A stretch of 64,000 bases of DNA, taken from the NCBI GenBank assembly GCA_022813865.1, contig JALDZX010000020.1:248001-312000 (forward strand), given 5' to 3'. The notes below the pieces were generated by a model that saw only the letters and a list, made by a program, of their open reading frames with translations, was not told the origin of the DNA and did no database searches. This document shows positions 49,592-63,254 of this stretch, one piece after another. Origin of the DNA: Xylographa opegraphella (Eukaryota). Each line of letters starts with the position of its first letter. Position 1 is the stretch's first letter. Both the position numbers and the translations under genes were made by a program.

Positions 49592-51386
49592 ATGTACGAC
49601 TCGCGCAATCCATTTCGCGATGTCAATCAAAAGCCTAGCACATGGACTACGAGTGGCACCGGCACATTCGCCTCCAGTGATTCCCACTCGAAGTTCTCCC
49701 GATTCCGCCATAGTGATTATAACAACTCAGGGCATTCTCGGAAAAAGGCTGCTCCATCGCAGAGAGCCATCGAAACAGACCCAGTGACCGGTGGATGTGG
49801 GGATGGCACGAACAGTTCCTGGCCCCGGGAGGACTTTGGGGCGTTCTACGATGCACCGTACCATGGTGTAGAAACAAAGGAAGACTTTAGGGATAAGGTC
49901 CTGGACGAGTTCAAGGATGTGTTCCGGGCTACGGCACGCCACTGCTTCTTGGACCCTGAATTTGACTCCAATAGTTTCCCATTCGAGCGATTCTTTCTAG
50001 GAAATCTTGCGCATGGTCGCGTAGTGTCCTTGGAAGAAGAGCTGTACTCTGATAGCGATGAATCCTTCCCTTCCACGACTCAAATTCAGTGTGAGAAATC
50101 ATTATACGAGAACCGATTTGACGTTCTGTTCGACAGGCTGACACTGAGCTATGATCTATGGGGGGATACTGTTAGTCTACATTGGACATCTATGGTGGAT
50201 ATGCTTCCACAATACCTTAGGCACATGGTCTCTTCTTATCTCATGGATCTGCCGTTGGAACAAAGTCTCTAACCCCAGTAGATCGTGGAGCACAACATGA
50301 ACAGTGGCGACATGACTTCGTCGATGGGATGAAACGACGACTTCATCACTGTTTCCATAGATGTCAAGAAGGGCAACCTGATGCAAGACAACAGCCTCCT
50401 ATGGCGGCCTGGCTTAAACCACAATCAACTCTTCGGCGTACCAGTCTTCGCAAGCGTTCATGGTTACTTTTGAAGACCTTGAGATGTATTCGGTGGCTCA
50501 ATCGGTTTCCGCAGCACCGCAAAATTGATAAACGAACCTATCCATATATCGAGACTGACTTTTTCCTTGGATCAAGAGAGGACCCAAATTTGATCACACA
50601 AAACACGCCGGAAATGTATGTATTGACCAAAGTATGCATAATGCGAATTCGTTATACATTGTTCACTAAGCTTCCACTAGCCCAACGAAGCTTCTTTTTG
50701 AATCGATATATATTCCAACAGTAAGGAATTCCCAAGAAGCCTCATTGAAAATTCCTTATGAAAGTTTCAAAGGGTCAATGCTTGGACCCTCGTTCCGTAT
50801 CAGCGGCATTATTGGAAGGGACTCGTATGGCGAGATATACCAGATTGAAGATCTTTCTGGCGCAATCACTTGCACAGCGAAGGCGTATGATCAGGCCAGC
50901 GTCTCCGAGAAAGACAGAATGTACAAAGCCCGCAGCATCAAAAGACGTGAGAAGTGGCCGACGTACATGGGCTGTATCCAGCAGTCTGGAAGGAAGTTTC
51001 TTGTTTTTCGTGGAACCACAGTGGACGTTGCAGCCCAAATGCCCCAGCAGCCTATAGTGCCTAGCATATGCGAATTTGATAGAAGGAGTGCAAGATTCAA
51101 TAGGTATTTTCCCAAGTTGCCGCGAAGACCGTCTTCAGTATCGGGCGATGAATATATAAATAGGGAAAAGACGCGAACCTATGAGAAGAAATCGTTCGCG
51201 ATAAAATCTGGCGTGTCAATATCGAGAACTTATGCAGAGGTTGCACGCATGTCTACACGAACTCAAGAGAAAGGGCTGAAAAGTACTCATCGAGCTGAGC
51301 GGAAACAAACCAACCAACGGGAAAAACGGCGGAGAAAGCGTGAAGAGAGAGCCAAAATAAGACTAAATTCAGAGAGCGTAACGTGA
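49592..51386 (+). CDS. Hypothetical multi-exon protein with a kinase N-lobe-like fragment
   Basis: Intron 50616-50680 joins ORFs 50329 and 50745 in frame. Contains IIGRDSYGEIY...CTAKAY. Linkage to ORF 49592 is uncertain (possible intron 50091-50278). Confidence 0.45.
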
Positions 51387-52410
51387 ATGACTTCGACTTC
51401 GAGATAGCATTCAAAATTAAGCGTCCTTCTTCAGAAGACCTATGGGTTGACCAGTTGATAATTGCAAGAATTTCGCTAATGGTATTTTTTGCTCAAACAA
51501 TATGATACTCACGATATACATGGGTAATTTGCGAAGCTATCATAATGTTGTTGGATCCCTTGTGATAGATTTAAATATGGTTATCTATCTGATAGAATGG
51601 AAGTCTCGAATTATGGAAGAATAACCACGAGCCTTCAGTGCGTCGCAAGTAACCTCAGACTCACCACGTGATCATGGCCCTATGATAGCTCGGTGCCAAG
51701 ATATGCCAAGCCTCAGGTGCAGGCCAGCGGTAGTGGGCATGTAAGGTAATACCCCGATGATGCACAGATATATTATATGAAACGATGAGTAATAACTCTG
51801 TATATGACGCAGATAACAAAACGATCTCAATTATAACAGTATCACTTGAAAGTCATTTTCTTCGCTTCGTTCAATGGAAGGCCTCATTCTGGATGCCTGG
51901 CCAATTGAGGCCTTGGCAATGGCCCAAGGGTCCTGTTCTATTTTGGGTACTTTTGAGGGAGCCAATCGCGTTGACTTGAGCTCTCCCGCCTATCGTTCTT
52001 AAGCATCCCCACCTGCCATTTCATGAACTTTTCCCTTCAACTCTTTTCCCCGCAAGCTTAATATTTGTTATCTTCTCGCGGTCGGTTGTCCTCCATTGAG
52101 TACATCTTAGACTCGAGTGGCACTATCGGGCCCTGGGCCTTAAGAGCCCGGGAAGACTGTGCGGCCATATTACAAGCAGACCAGACATTATTGAGTGAGC
52201 TACCGGTATGGATCCTGCTTCTGGTCTTCGAAGAAAAGACTCCTGTAGAAGTACTGACTATAGACAGGCTGCCTTTGCGCAGAAAATCAAGGGGATTAGC
52301 GCGGAGGCCACGGTCTTCGCGCAAATACAATCCGAGGAGACTTTAATGATCATCCCGTAACTGACAGTCAGCGCGGACCTCCACACCAATATGTCAGTCT
52401 AGCAGACATA

Positions 52411-53337
52411 TTGGTGTGGAAGTCCGCGCTGACTGTTGAGAGATGTGGAAGAAACTCTAGTTGTTCGCAGGAGCATACCCCTTCTTGTATATCAACAGAT
52501 CTCAGCTTGTGTTTTGGCTTAGATAGTCCGAACCAGCGAAGAAATCCTAGCAGGAGCTCAATTGAGACAACACCGGAAACAGACAGTGCAATCTTGTGTC
52601 ACAATGTCGCTTCAAGCGGTTCGCGACCAGGAAGCACTCTGTCCACGGTGCCCCAATTGGAAATCTCATGCGAACGACGTTCTTTGTTGTGTACTGGCTT
52701 TTTGTCTCGTGAGACCGAAGCCACCAGACAACCAAGACAGGATCTTGTTGGAACATATGGAGGGGCAGCTTATGCTGAGGATTTTGGTATCAGTAACGAA
52801 ATCGCATTATCTGATGGCGGTAGCGTCGAATCAAGTCTTCCCCTATTCAACGCTCAATCACCAAGTGGTGTTACATATGATCCATTACATGGAGCTATAC
52901 CACCACAAACAATTTCATCAACCTCTGGAACCAATACGTTCACGACGCCAATGCAGAATATGTATACTTTGGAGACAGTTGACCGTATTATTCCGTCAAC
53001 AGCCCCGGAGATACCGTCGTCGGCCACTCGGGTATCGCCTCTGTCAATAACACCAGTACTTCACCAGTGTTTGACCTGTGGAAGACGCTTTCCTAGTCGA
53101 AGCCTACTCCACCGACATGAACGCGAGCACCTGGGTCCCGCTTTCAAATGTCTAGTCGCCCAATGTGCCCGGACTTTCAGGTACGAAAAAGACCGGAACC
53201 GCCACCAGGAGACTATACATGGTACAAAAGCATTCACCTGCCCGCCATGCGCTTATCAAACAGCGCGGGAAGATAACTTTTCACGACACGTGAAAAGCTC
53301 TTTACATTTGAGGAGAATGGCCAGAGCACAATTTTGA
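52411..53337 (+). CDS. C2H2 zinc-finger protein (three C-terminal fingers; start unresolved)
   Basis: CLTC..F...LLHRHEREH, CLVAQC..F...RHQETIH and CPPC.Y...RHVKSSLH. Confidence 0.75.
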   Translation: MVWKSALTVERCGRNSSCSQEHTPSCISTDLSLCFGLDSPNQRRNPSRSSIETTPETDSAILCHNVASSGSRPGSTLSTVPQLEISCERRSLLCTGFLSRETEATRQPRQDLVGTYGGAAYAEDFGISNEIALSDGGSVESSLPLFNAQSPSGVTYDPLHGAIPPQTISSTSGTNTFTTPMQNMYTLETVDRIIPSTAPEIPSSATRVSPLSITPVLHQCLTCGRRFPSRSLLHRHEREHLGPAFKCLVAQCARTFRYEKDRNRHQETIHGTKAFTCPPCAYQTAREDNFSRHVKSSLHLRRMARAQF

Positions 53338-55915
53338 GTTAAGAATGGAAGCATAAGAAGCACATCTTGAGAACCACGAACGCAGTAGGAATCCCAAGCG
53401 AAAGTCCTCACTGGACAGATTTAGCAGCTTTCTATGCACGGAAAATAAGGGGAGATTTTTGGAAAGCCCTACCATTGGAAGGAGGTTGCGATTTAGTGAT
53501 CTGATACAGTTTTGTTTCCAGGTGTTGGCGACGGAACCGCGTTTGCTTAATTCGAATGATCTTGGTGGGACTTGCCCTTTCGGGGGCAAGTCGAGCCTTG
53601 ATAGATCGGATCAAAGGATGGCAAGAATCATTCGAGGACTGACTACTCCGGCGATACCTTTCCGTCTTGGTTTTCAGTATAGATTAGCCGAGGGGGGCTA
53701 TCTTATTTCTTGTTTTGCCGGGAATTTTCTGCTTTTGAAAACGAAAAACAGCTGTACGTTCGCCTGGATGACAAGAAAGGGCAACACTCTTGAATGGCGA
53801 AGGCAATTCCAGATGCACTGTTATCTAGTCGGTCATCCATCCATAGCTCTTAGCTCCGCTGAAGTATCAGCGGATCAGTAATTTACGAATTTTCTATAGA
53901 ACCTGAGCACTCCGATTGAGTAGAAGATTATAATGTTCGAGATTGAGATCGACCACTCCTTCCCACCTGATTGAGGAGGGCAGACTCAAAACTCCATGCA
54001 AAGTTACAAGCTTCAAAGGGACTCGGGCCCGATCGGCTTCATAGAGAATCTCGAGACTGGTACCTATCGATAGCCAAGGAGAAGAGCCCACTCGATATCA
54101 GCTGAAGCCCAAGTAAAGCATGTCGAATGGGCCTAACAACAAAAGCCATTCGTATGAACGGCCATGATGTCGATAGCGTGGCGTAACCAACCCCAGCCAC
54201 CTACCAGTGTTGTTACTAATCAGATAACAATGCTCTCATCACAAAGCCAAGCTTCTGCGAGGATAAAACGATCATCCCAATAGTGCTTCACACAGCAAAG
54301 CTTTCTAGAAGGACAATGCTTCTTCCAGAACGATGTCCGGCGTTCAAGACAAGACCATTACCTGCTTCTATCCTCCAGCGATAGCACTCACTCACCACAT
54401 GCAACCCTCGAGGCTATCTTGTCCCCCCATTACCCATCGCATGCATAATGATCCATCTCTTGTTCCTCGTCTGTTCCATCCTCGCCATCTACATCTACCT
54501 CCTCTACTGCTTCACTTGGACATACACGCACGATGGCCCCTCGAAAGGCTGCTTCCCCTCGACAGAGGTTTAGATCGCGGGACGGAGCAACTCAAGTCTC
54601 GAGGTGAGGTCGTTTGTTAAGCGTCTCCGACCCTATTGCGGCTGTAGGATGAAGTTTTAGGAAAGGCGCGAGCGAAGATCCATCGTTGCTCTCGCACATC
54701 ACCCTTGGAGTTCAAGGTAGAGGAATGGCGGAACATAACATCTCTCGACTTCATATAAAATTCTCGTCTGAGAAGCGGCGGTTCCCACCCCAAAAGCCAT
54801 GAGAAACCGCCCAAGGCCGCGTTATAACCTTCTGAAATGTGTGGGCCCTGTCCTATGAGGAGGACTTCACGTCTGGGGAGCCGAGCTAGAGCGTGGTAGG
54901 AAGAAAGCAAGGTCCGCTGAATGGCCTATAACATGTACATAACAGAACACAATTCCATCATCAGAAACTTGAGCAGAAACCGCATGTGATGAATGTCAAT
55001 ATTTAGGGCTTCGTGATCACATGACATGCTTAGTCACACCCTGGCGAACTTGAAGCACATTTGTCATATGTGTAGCACACAAACGTTTACGGGCAAATCG
55101 GTCACTAGAAGCTTAACCAAACTTCGTTCCTTTCCAGAATCGGAAAATCCATAATCTGTTCAGGGGTTATCTTTATATTAGTCACTTTGATTCGATGTTG
55201 GTATATGTTGCGGATTCGAGGTAGGGCGGCGGAGAAGGCTAAAGCTACTGGCATACTCCACTGGGGCGGCGAAGGGCTACTGGGTGTCGTTTCCCGTAGA
55301 TTATGGTGGAATATGAACCCTTGTTCGTTCAATATTATGTTTGAGACAAGGGCCACTAAAGATAATGTGGGTTAGACTGTCATCGTACTCGTGCTGCTGT
55401 TAAGTTCGTAGCAGTAGCGCAAGTATCTGTTTCGTCACGGCGACCTGTAGACTAGTAACCAAGTCGGCGATGCGGCATGTGCAAAGCTTTCTAGTAACTA
55501 CAAGATGGAAGGAGTCTAAAACAACCAATCAACAAAGTCTCACATTTCTGAAATGGAATCACAAAGCCACAGCGCCCGAAGTCGCAAGACAAATACTCCG
55601 CTAAACGCCAACCACTGCAACACAGACCACTCCAGATGTTACACCACCTTTTGTCATGAATCGTAGCCCGTAGGATGTGCAATCCACAACATAGTCATCC
55701 AACTTTTGATCGTCCGTTATGTGCATCTTCATCGCTAATGTGGCTATCCTAGGGAATGTCCATCGGCTAGAAAACTCATGCCTCAAATCCCATAAGTAGT
55801 TCACGAAGCGAAAGCCGTGGAGCTGGCAATCCAACAGAAACTCTGGAGAATGCGAAGATAAACCTGGAGAAAGGCAGAAACTGATGACGGTACTCAACAT
55901 AATCGTTGCGCATGT

Positions 55916-57956
55916 TTAGCCCCTAGTCCTAGGCCTAGAGAGCATATTCAAGCGACTCAGGCTGAGAACGCCCTTCGGTTTTTTATTGCCGGATTTAGCA
56001 TTCTTGCCAGCAACCTTCTTCCTCTCACCCTTACTACTCCCGGCTGTCGGAAATTCCTTTGACGGAGTAGCGATCTTCACCTTCTTCGCTTTTCGTCCTT
56101 CATCAGCCTGCTCACCTTGTGGCGGCATGTTCTCTTCATCCTCGTCACCGCTAGAGTCTGCACGACGACGCTTATTATTCGAAATTCCATGCGGGATCGA
56201 TGGCACAGTTTCGAAGGCAACTAGAGGAGTTGCGATACCGCTGGGGCGTACCGGCCGGATTGTAGGGATTGAAATACCAGAAGCGGTAGGTCCAAAGCGA
56301 GCGGTCTTGGTGGATCGAAACGTGAACTCGCCTGCTTGAGTCAGATTAGAGTTCGTAGGTTCAGTCTGTACAAGCGTCGGATATATGACACTGTCTGGTG
56401 CCTTCGATGGCATAGCATCCTGTGAACGGAAGCGCAAGCTAGAGACTTTCGATGAAGAGGGAGATGCTGCTGCTAAATCATGGGTAGCTTTGGTTGTAGG
56501 TGTGAAGTTGACACGCCGTAGACTGGGCGAATACTGAATTCCCCGTAGTGGTGTACCTGGGAGCGAAGGTAGATCCTTATTCAAAGCCATGTTTTTGCTT
56601 GGCAAAGGTAGATGTGTGCCCTCGGCCACTTTCAAAGGATCATGTGAATATTTTGGCTGGGACTTATGCATAATCGATTTCACACCCATACGGCTCAAAG
56701 ACGAAAGATATTTATTACTTCCCTCAGTCTTCGAACCCGCAGGACTGGAGATATCCTTGAGAGACATCGAACGTCCGAGTGTAGGAATTTTTGTGGTTGT
56801 CTGCGAATGTTTAATACTTGTAGCACGAGCAAGTGATGCTTTGGTTGGAGTTGTCATCACTGAAGGTAAGCCCGACTTCGATCGTACAAAGCCTCCACTT
56901 TGTTGCTTAGCATCCCTCGATACAGGTCGACCGGAGGACGTGTCATCTCGATAATTCTGCTTAGCCCGTTTACCCGGAGCCGTGTTCTCAAGGCGCTCTT
57001 TGGCATCAGAATTGCTCGATAAATCAGAAATAAATTCCGAACTCATCGGAACTGGCCTCCCGTGTTTATTGAGGTTGGTCTTGGATTGACTCCTCTTGAG
57101 AGGAGATGATCCGGCCTGAAACTTGTTCTTCCATGTTGAGACATGATTTGCAATAGAGTCCATCTTCTGGAACTCTTGCATATGAACGTTACTGTATCGA
57201 CCAGCCATTCCCTTAGGTGTTGCAATTTTCCTGCCCACAGTGGTGACAAATTGATCGGATTCACTATCCTTTCGTTCTTGTTCGTCTTTCTCTGCTTGCA
57301 TCTTAGCCTTGATCCTAGCGGCTTCCTCACGGACACTCTCCATGATCTTTTGAGCTTCTGGGCTCAATATTGTATCGGGACGGCTCCACTTGAAGTCAAA
57401 TCCTGGCGAATTCAAAGCTGATTTTTTGAGAGGAGTACCTACGGGTTGCGAAGGCATGTTGACACTGGCAGGTTCAAGAATCGGTTTTGTAGGATTAAGC
57501 TTGATCGGATTGGTGTCCGCAGAATGAAGTGATGGGCGGGATGTAGTTGTTTTCGATGTTTTGGTATGGATTTTGCTAGGATGCACCTCCCCACATGAGG
57601 GGCGTGTGTTAACCTCAGGTTGTGGTGTCATGTAGAGCGAGTCGTCTTGTACAAATGCACCAGGCATTGTAGTAGAATCTGAAGACGACTCCTCTATAAA
57701 TACACTAGCCTTGGTACTCTTCACAGAAGAAGGAGTTTCGGCTCGCTCGAGGAGAGAAGAGAGCTTATTGGCCGCATAGGATGCAAATGAGCGAGTCTAT
57801 GGAGGTCGATGTCAGTTTGTCAGTGTTCAGGCTCACTATGGTAAGCTAGAATCTGAATTGGGTCTTCGATCCCCAGAAGATAAGGGAACAGATTGACCGA
57901 CTTACAGGTGTAGCACTTCCCTTCAAACGGGATGAACGCCTACGTGGGGGGGACAT
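55916..57956 (-). CDS. Basic S/P/K-rich disordered protein with a NuSAP-like motif; exons 57956-57906 and 57796-55916
   Basis: MSPPRRRSSRLK start spliced in frame. RYSNVHMQEFQKMDSIANH resembles the NuSAP HFKEMESI motif. C-terminal LSLSRLNMLSRP. Confidence 0.7.
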
Positions 57957-58311
57957 TGTAGGAATTGCCAACTGCGTAAACTGTACTTAAGTTGTCCACA
58001 ATCCAACTGGCTGTGAGAATTCGCTCACAGTGGTACTTGTCGAAGAAGAATGGCTGTTGGAGTTTGAAAGAAGCTCTCAAGCATGAGGTCTTAATATTTG
58101 GTGGTTGTTGATCCGTTGTTGACATTCAGAAACCTTATCCCCGGCGCTAGCGCCCACGCCTCGGTGTTTAGATCAGCCCTATGACTTCATAAATTCACAG
58201 AACGAGAACCCGCATGATGTAGCTTTGGAGACTGTAAAGCAATACGTACCTACACAACCGAGATATTTATCCGTAATAGCGAAATTGCTACTCGAAAGTT
58301 CATTCGCTATC

Positions 58312-58841
58312 ATGAGTTCACACACCATTGGCCTTAGCCTTCCAAGGGTTCTCTTCCTACGTAAGTATTCACGAGTCCCCCCTGCAACACATACTCTCTA
58401 ATCACATAAATAGCCGTTACTGGTACATGGACTCTACCATTCGCCGCTTATCTCATACTCCTCTCGGGCCGTACGGTATACCAGCGGCTGAGGCATGAGA
58501 AGTATCTCGGCGATAAGGTTGCTCAGGAGTCCTCCAATGACGAGCAATCCAATCCTGATCCACTCCATCTGGCCGTTCGTGCCCATCAAAATTTCATTGA
58601 GAATGTTCCGTTGGCCTTCATTTTCGCTTTAGTTGCTGAGCTCAATGGTGGGAATAAGAAGGCACTCAATTACGGCATGGCGGCCCTCCTTGCTCTCAGG
58701 ATTTTGCATGTGGAATTTGGAATGTATGGCCCACAAACAGTCGGTGCCGGGCGCCCTGTCGGTTACTATGGAACTCAGGCTTGGTTGGCCGGGATGGCTG
58801 CTTACGGCTCCTATCTTGTTAAGGCCTATTGGGGATTCTGA
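58312..58841 (+). CDS. MAPEG-family membrane protein; exons 58312-58360 and 58414-58841
   Basis: RAHQNFIENVPL and ALRILH motifs, with four hydrophobic segments. Confidence 0.85.
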
Positions 58842-59101
58842 AAGCACGGCTATTGAAATCCGGTGGAATGGAGAGGGTCCCTAGCCTTCAAACACTGATG
58901 ATAGTTTCATCAAGAGCTCAGCTGGCAGGGATTTCAAATGCGTACCTGTCAATCGCTCCTTCTTGAAACGGCAAATATTTCTTACACAAGATCATATGGC
59001 GAAATCTGTACATTTTCTCAAATACTCATTGTATCCACTACTATTTGTGCTACGAACATTCGTTATAGACTCTAGTGGGCTTTGCAATCATTTTTCAGTC
59101 C

Positions 59102-61421
59102 ATGGCTCCGCTCCTTTCCGCACCCAAGGCGTACTCTAGTCCTTCACTCACGGTCACTCATGATGAATTTCCGCCCAATTTATCAAATGACGCTCGTTTG
59201 ATCCCACGCCCATTGAGTCCACGTGCCTCGCGCACAAATCTTTCCTTCAATGTACTCCCACTTGGCAAGTATGTTCCACGGGCAGCCAGTCCTAAAGAAT
59301 ACTCCCAAAACGTGGTACACAGCTACTCGCTAGGCTTACGTCCAAGAAACAAGCGATCGCAGGAAGAAAGAGAGGCTTTCTATACCTGCACGCTATGCTT
59401 CTACCCGCTGCCGCCAAAGACGAAACCATATATATTACCCACCGGCAACCCAACCTCAGGATCCATCGCAACCGAAGGAAGCCAGAGGATCTTTTGCAAA
59501 GACTGTTGGATTTGGATATATGATCTTTCGATATGCTGGACATGTGGCGAGGTAGTCGGACGAATGGAAGAGAGGGTAGGATTCGGATGGTGTTGGTGGC
59601 ATTGGGGATGCCTGAGCTGCCTGATATGTAAAGTCTGTGACAGAAGAGTCCCTGCACAGCAAATCATACTTGGTCGTCGTTAATTTCACTTACAGACACC
59701 ATTGAAGCCTCCCCCGTGGACAGAAGACCAGACAGGTATTGAGCTTGTTGCGCCACCAATATGCGATTATTGTGTAGATGATTGGGAGATCGCGGAAGAC
59801 GATACTTCATCAGCAAAACCCCTACAAACAGGCACAAAAGAGAAGCTGAGGGTCCGAACGGAAGATCTGAATCATGCTGCTTCAGATATACTGCATGAAA
59901 TGCGCAAGGCGGGACATGTAGATTGCTACACGAGCACACCTCAGCATGAATCGACCGTCTCTGGGAAGCGTAGCAGACCTGAAGATAAGCCTGATTCCGG
60001 TATCGATATACCGAAGCGACAGAAGAATGTGAAGCTCACGGATGTCTCAGAGAAAGGTACGACATGGTTTCACTATTGTACCATGTAAACTGATTGCGTA
60101 ATAAGACATGAGTACCTGTGATACACAAATCAAACGACCAACACATGTCTCCCTTTTTAAACCACTGGAGCTGAATCAGTCCTTCAGTCCTGGTCAAACT
60201 CGACCACTTCCGAAATGGATGTCGCAGCTGCCATCGAGTCGTATGAAGGACCCTGCCATCCAAACATCATCGTCACCTGTCGAGCATCCTCAAAGAGAAG
60301 GCTGTAGCAAGGATGGTCCAGCCGTTGAAATCAAATCCAAAGCAGATAATATTGCCCCGTTAGAGCGGTCAGGGCCTTCCAACCACTTATCTCCTACCTG
60401 CCATAGCCCTGCGCGGGAATTTTCAGAAGCTGAACATCGTATTCAGCGTGCTCAGAGTGTGCCTGAACGGCCGAAAGGACCACCAAAGCCTTTGGCTGCG
60501 TTCCCGTTCTTCCAGAACCCCAGGGCACCCCTTACACCGGCAGTAGAGAGCTCCTGGGGTAGCGCGCCGTCCTCTGGGATGACACCGTACAACGGCTTAC
60601 CCTCCGCAACTGAGAAGAAGACGCCTTCGCCTAAAACTGGACGCCAGGAAGTATTGCAGAGCAATGAATACAAGGAGAAGTACAGTGTACAGATGCTACA
60701 GAACGATAGTCAAGCCGATAAGACCTGCCCCATCTGCGAGGAAACAATTGCCAGTTCTACGGAGAGCGATGGGACCGAGTGGCGCCAAAGACTACTACCA
60801 CAAGACATCCCCGGACAGTTGGTGATGGGTCCCAACGACCACGCCTATCACATAAGCTGTATTCAATGCCGGGCATGTCGCCAGCCGTTCCGCTCGAAAG
60901 ACAGCATGACAGACTGGACCTGGGTCGGCTCCTCCTCTCCATACCATCGGACGTGTATGGTACAAGGCGCGAAGCCGATGCTCGAGAGACTGAGACGGCG
61001 CCTCAGCATGGCTGGGCTCACACCAGGCCCATCCAGCAAGCCCGAGCCCAACGCCCAAATGCTACCCGGCCTATCGCGACCAGCGCCTCACGTGATGCAG
61101 CTGGCGAAACCCGCGAGCGACGTCGTGCCCGCCTTCAAGAAGCCAGACTACTTGAAGAGCTTGCCGAGTCTGTTCTCCACACGCGCTGGCCCCGAGCCGT
61201 GCGCGTCGTGCGGACACGCTTTGCTCTCCGCCGAGAGCGTCCCGGGGCCGAACGTGACGAAGCATCATGTGGCTTGTCTGAGCGCGTGTGTGCAGTGCGG
61301 TGTGGACTTTGACGGCAAGGGGACCAAGTGGTATGCTTACGGTAGGCGGGGCCTCATACGGGCTTTGTGCCACGATTGTTGGGCCGCTGGCAGGAGCAAG
61401 CGCGGTTCCGTAGGCAAGTGA
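59102..61421 (+). CDS. LIM-like zinc-binding domain protein; exons 59102-59632, 59696-60056, 60106-61421
   Basis: CWTC...WHWGCLSCLIC, CPIC...YHISCIQCRAC and CASC...HHVACLSACVQC...CHDC. Introns join in frame. Confidence 0.75.
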
Positions 61422-62474
61422 AGGTCTCCGTACGAGGTACGGAGTTTTTATTGTCGTAAAAACAGAGAATCGGTCGGCATGACAGTGGTGCGTAAAGTAC
61501 TCCTTGTTGGCAGCCCTCCGTAGGATTATCACTACTCTCTCTGAATTGGATGTTAACTGAGTATCCACTCGTGGTATTCGTTCTCCTTCTCACTAGGGGA
61601 ATACGTGACTCTATAATCCGCACTCGCGATGGCAAAGTTACGCTTCACTATTCATATGCAAAGAAGCGGTGAAATGAAATTCTAATTATATAGTACGACG
61701 TTAAAGGTTATTCGAGCAAGGCACCTTGTCCGTCCCGGTCACCTAACCGAAACTACTACTCCGTATTCTTGAACATGGCTCAGTAGAAAACGCTTAGCGA
61801 TCTTCGAAAGCATGCCATTATTTGCATGGGGTTCGCTCGATCACTTCCGCCATGCGTCTGTTCATCTTCTACACCCTATGTAACATAAGAATGCGCTATG
61901 CCTGATTTCTTGCTTGCTGAAGATCCCATGCTCTCATCAGATTTCCCCGTTGATTTAGCACGATAAAGCTTAACACACCACATGAAAATTGAAACCTACA
62001 CTGAATGCGTGGCCTTTTCAGCTTGAAGCTAAGCCAATCGACGTTCTTCTCGTCGTCTGGCTGATGATATCTGGCAACCCGATTCTGATCCTTCGGTAAT
62101 TTTGTCCAGGAGATCCGTCGTTTGTTCTAATGAGACATAGCCATTTCTCCCATTCATAAATAGCCTGCGTCCAATTCAACGTTTTGGGACCCCTTCTGGC
62201 AGTCTCGGCTCCATGATCGGTTGCAGATGTACTAGTCCAAGCTGTTCAAGTCTGAAGAAACAAATGACCACACAAGCAGTCCACAAGCATCCAGCGACGG
62301 CGATTGCGTCTGGCCACCTGGGACAACAGGAGCTGTGAGCGGAAATAAGAATGAGTTGGGTTATACCACATATGAATCGTACTTGGTGATAGTCAAATCG
62401 TATTCTTTATCGCTGGTGTGCCTCCTCGTAGGTGACTGAGGTGAGACGGAAGCAGTCCTCGAGATCGACGCATT

Positions 62475-63254
62475 TCAGGCTTCTAGATCCTCGCGCGGCT
62501 CCAAAGCCACAAGCATTGCCGAGCATTTCCTCCCTTCAAAGTCCCTACCTCGCTCCATCAACCTCTCTCGTAGGAAGGCATTGATCCCCTCTTCCACTCC
62601 CTTATCCTTCTCCAAAACAGCATCCTCGTTCGTGCCTCCTTCTCCGTGTTCTCTCCTTATTCTCAACACTCTCAGCCGCTCGCAGTCTCGCACGCCCCAA
62701 GCGCAGCTCTCCCACTCGGAATGCCTCGCTGTCGCAGGTGGATGTAGCCACAATTCCAGCTCCTCTAGCCTCTTCAGCGTAGATAGCATTTGCCATATCC
62801 GCGCGTGCCGGTGCCGATATGGCATCCGGAAGGAGAGCCGCCGTATCTGATCCCGGCATCTGCTCGGGATAGCATCGAGGAAAGGAGGTAGCGTCGAGAG
62901 ACTGAAGAAGAAGGTATTGCGACTGTAATATGTCTTCCAATTCTCATGATACAAAAAACGGCATGTCAGGAGCAAAGCGAGACGCGTTGTACCAACCGTG
63001 AAGATGTCTTCAGGGGGTGGTGTGGAAGGTGCCGGCGCCGGGATGGGTCCCATAGTCCGTGGCAGAGTTTTGGCCAAGGGCGGCGGGGAATGCCGATTGA
63101 ATCTGGGCTCATGGATGGTGATAGCAGAGCCTGAGAGGATAAGGTATGAGACTATCTGGGTGCGGATCTCTGGTGGGAGATCGAGTAGGGTGACGGTAGG
63201 TGGCGGCGTGTCGACATGGTGGATGCGGGACGGGCAGTGGGTGGTAAGCAGCAT
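62475..63254 (-). CDS. F-box-like N-terminal motif protein (fungal LLDLPPEIR...LLLTCR..Y.E type)
   Basis: TLLDLPPEIRTQIVSYL, LALLLTCRFLYHE..YYSRNTFFF and an LRR-like LKRLEELEL. Confidence 0.7.
   Translation of the reverse strand: MLLTTHCPSRIHHVDTPPPTVTLLDLPPEIRTQIVSYLILSGSAITIHEPRFNRHSPPPLAKTLPRTMGPIPAPAPSTPPPEDIFTVGTTRLALLLTCRFLYHENWKTYYSRNTFFFSLSTLPPFLDAIPSRCRDQIRRLSFRMPYRHRHARIWQMLSTLKRLEELELWLHPPATARHSEWESCAWGVRDCERLRVLRIRREHGEGGTNEDAVLEKDKGVEEGINAFLRERLMERGRDFEGRKCSAMLVALEPREDLEA

Noticed and set aside
53459..55900. Possible gene(s) among the short ORFs, including an acidic patch near 54440-54560 on the minus strand
   Set aside because: Could not be assembled into a spliced frame or matched to a family; at most a relic.
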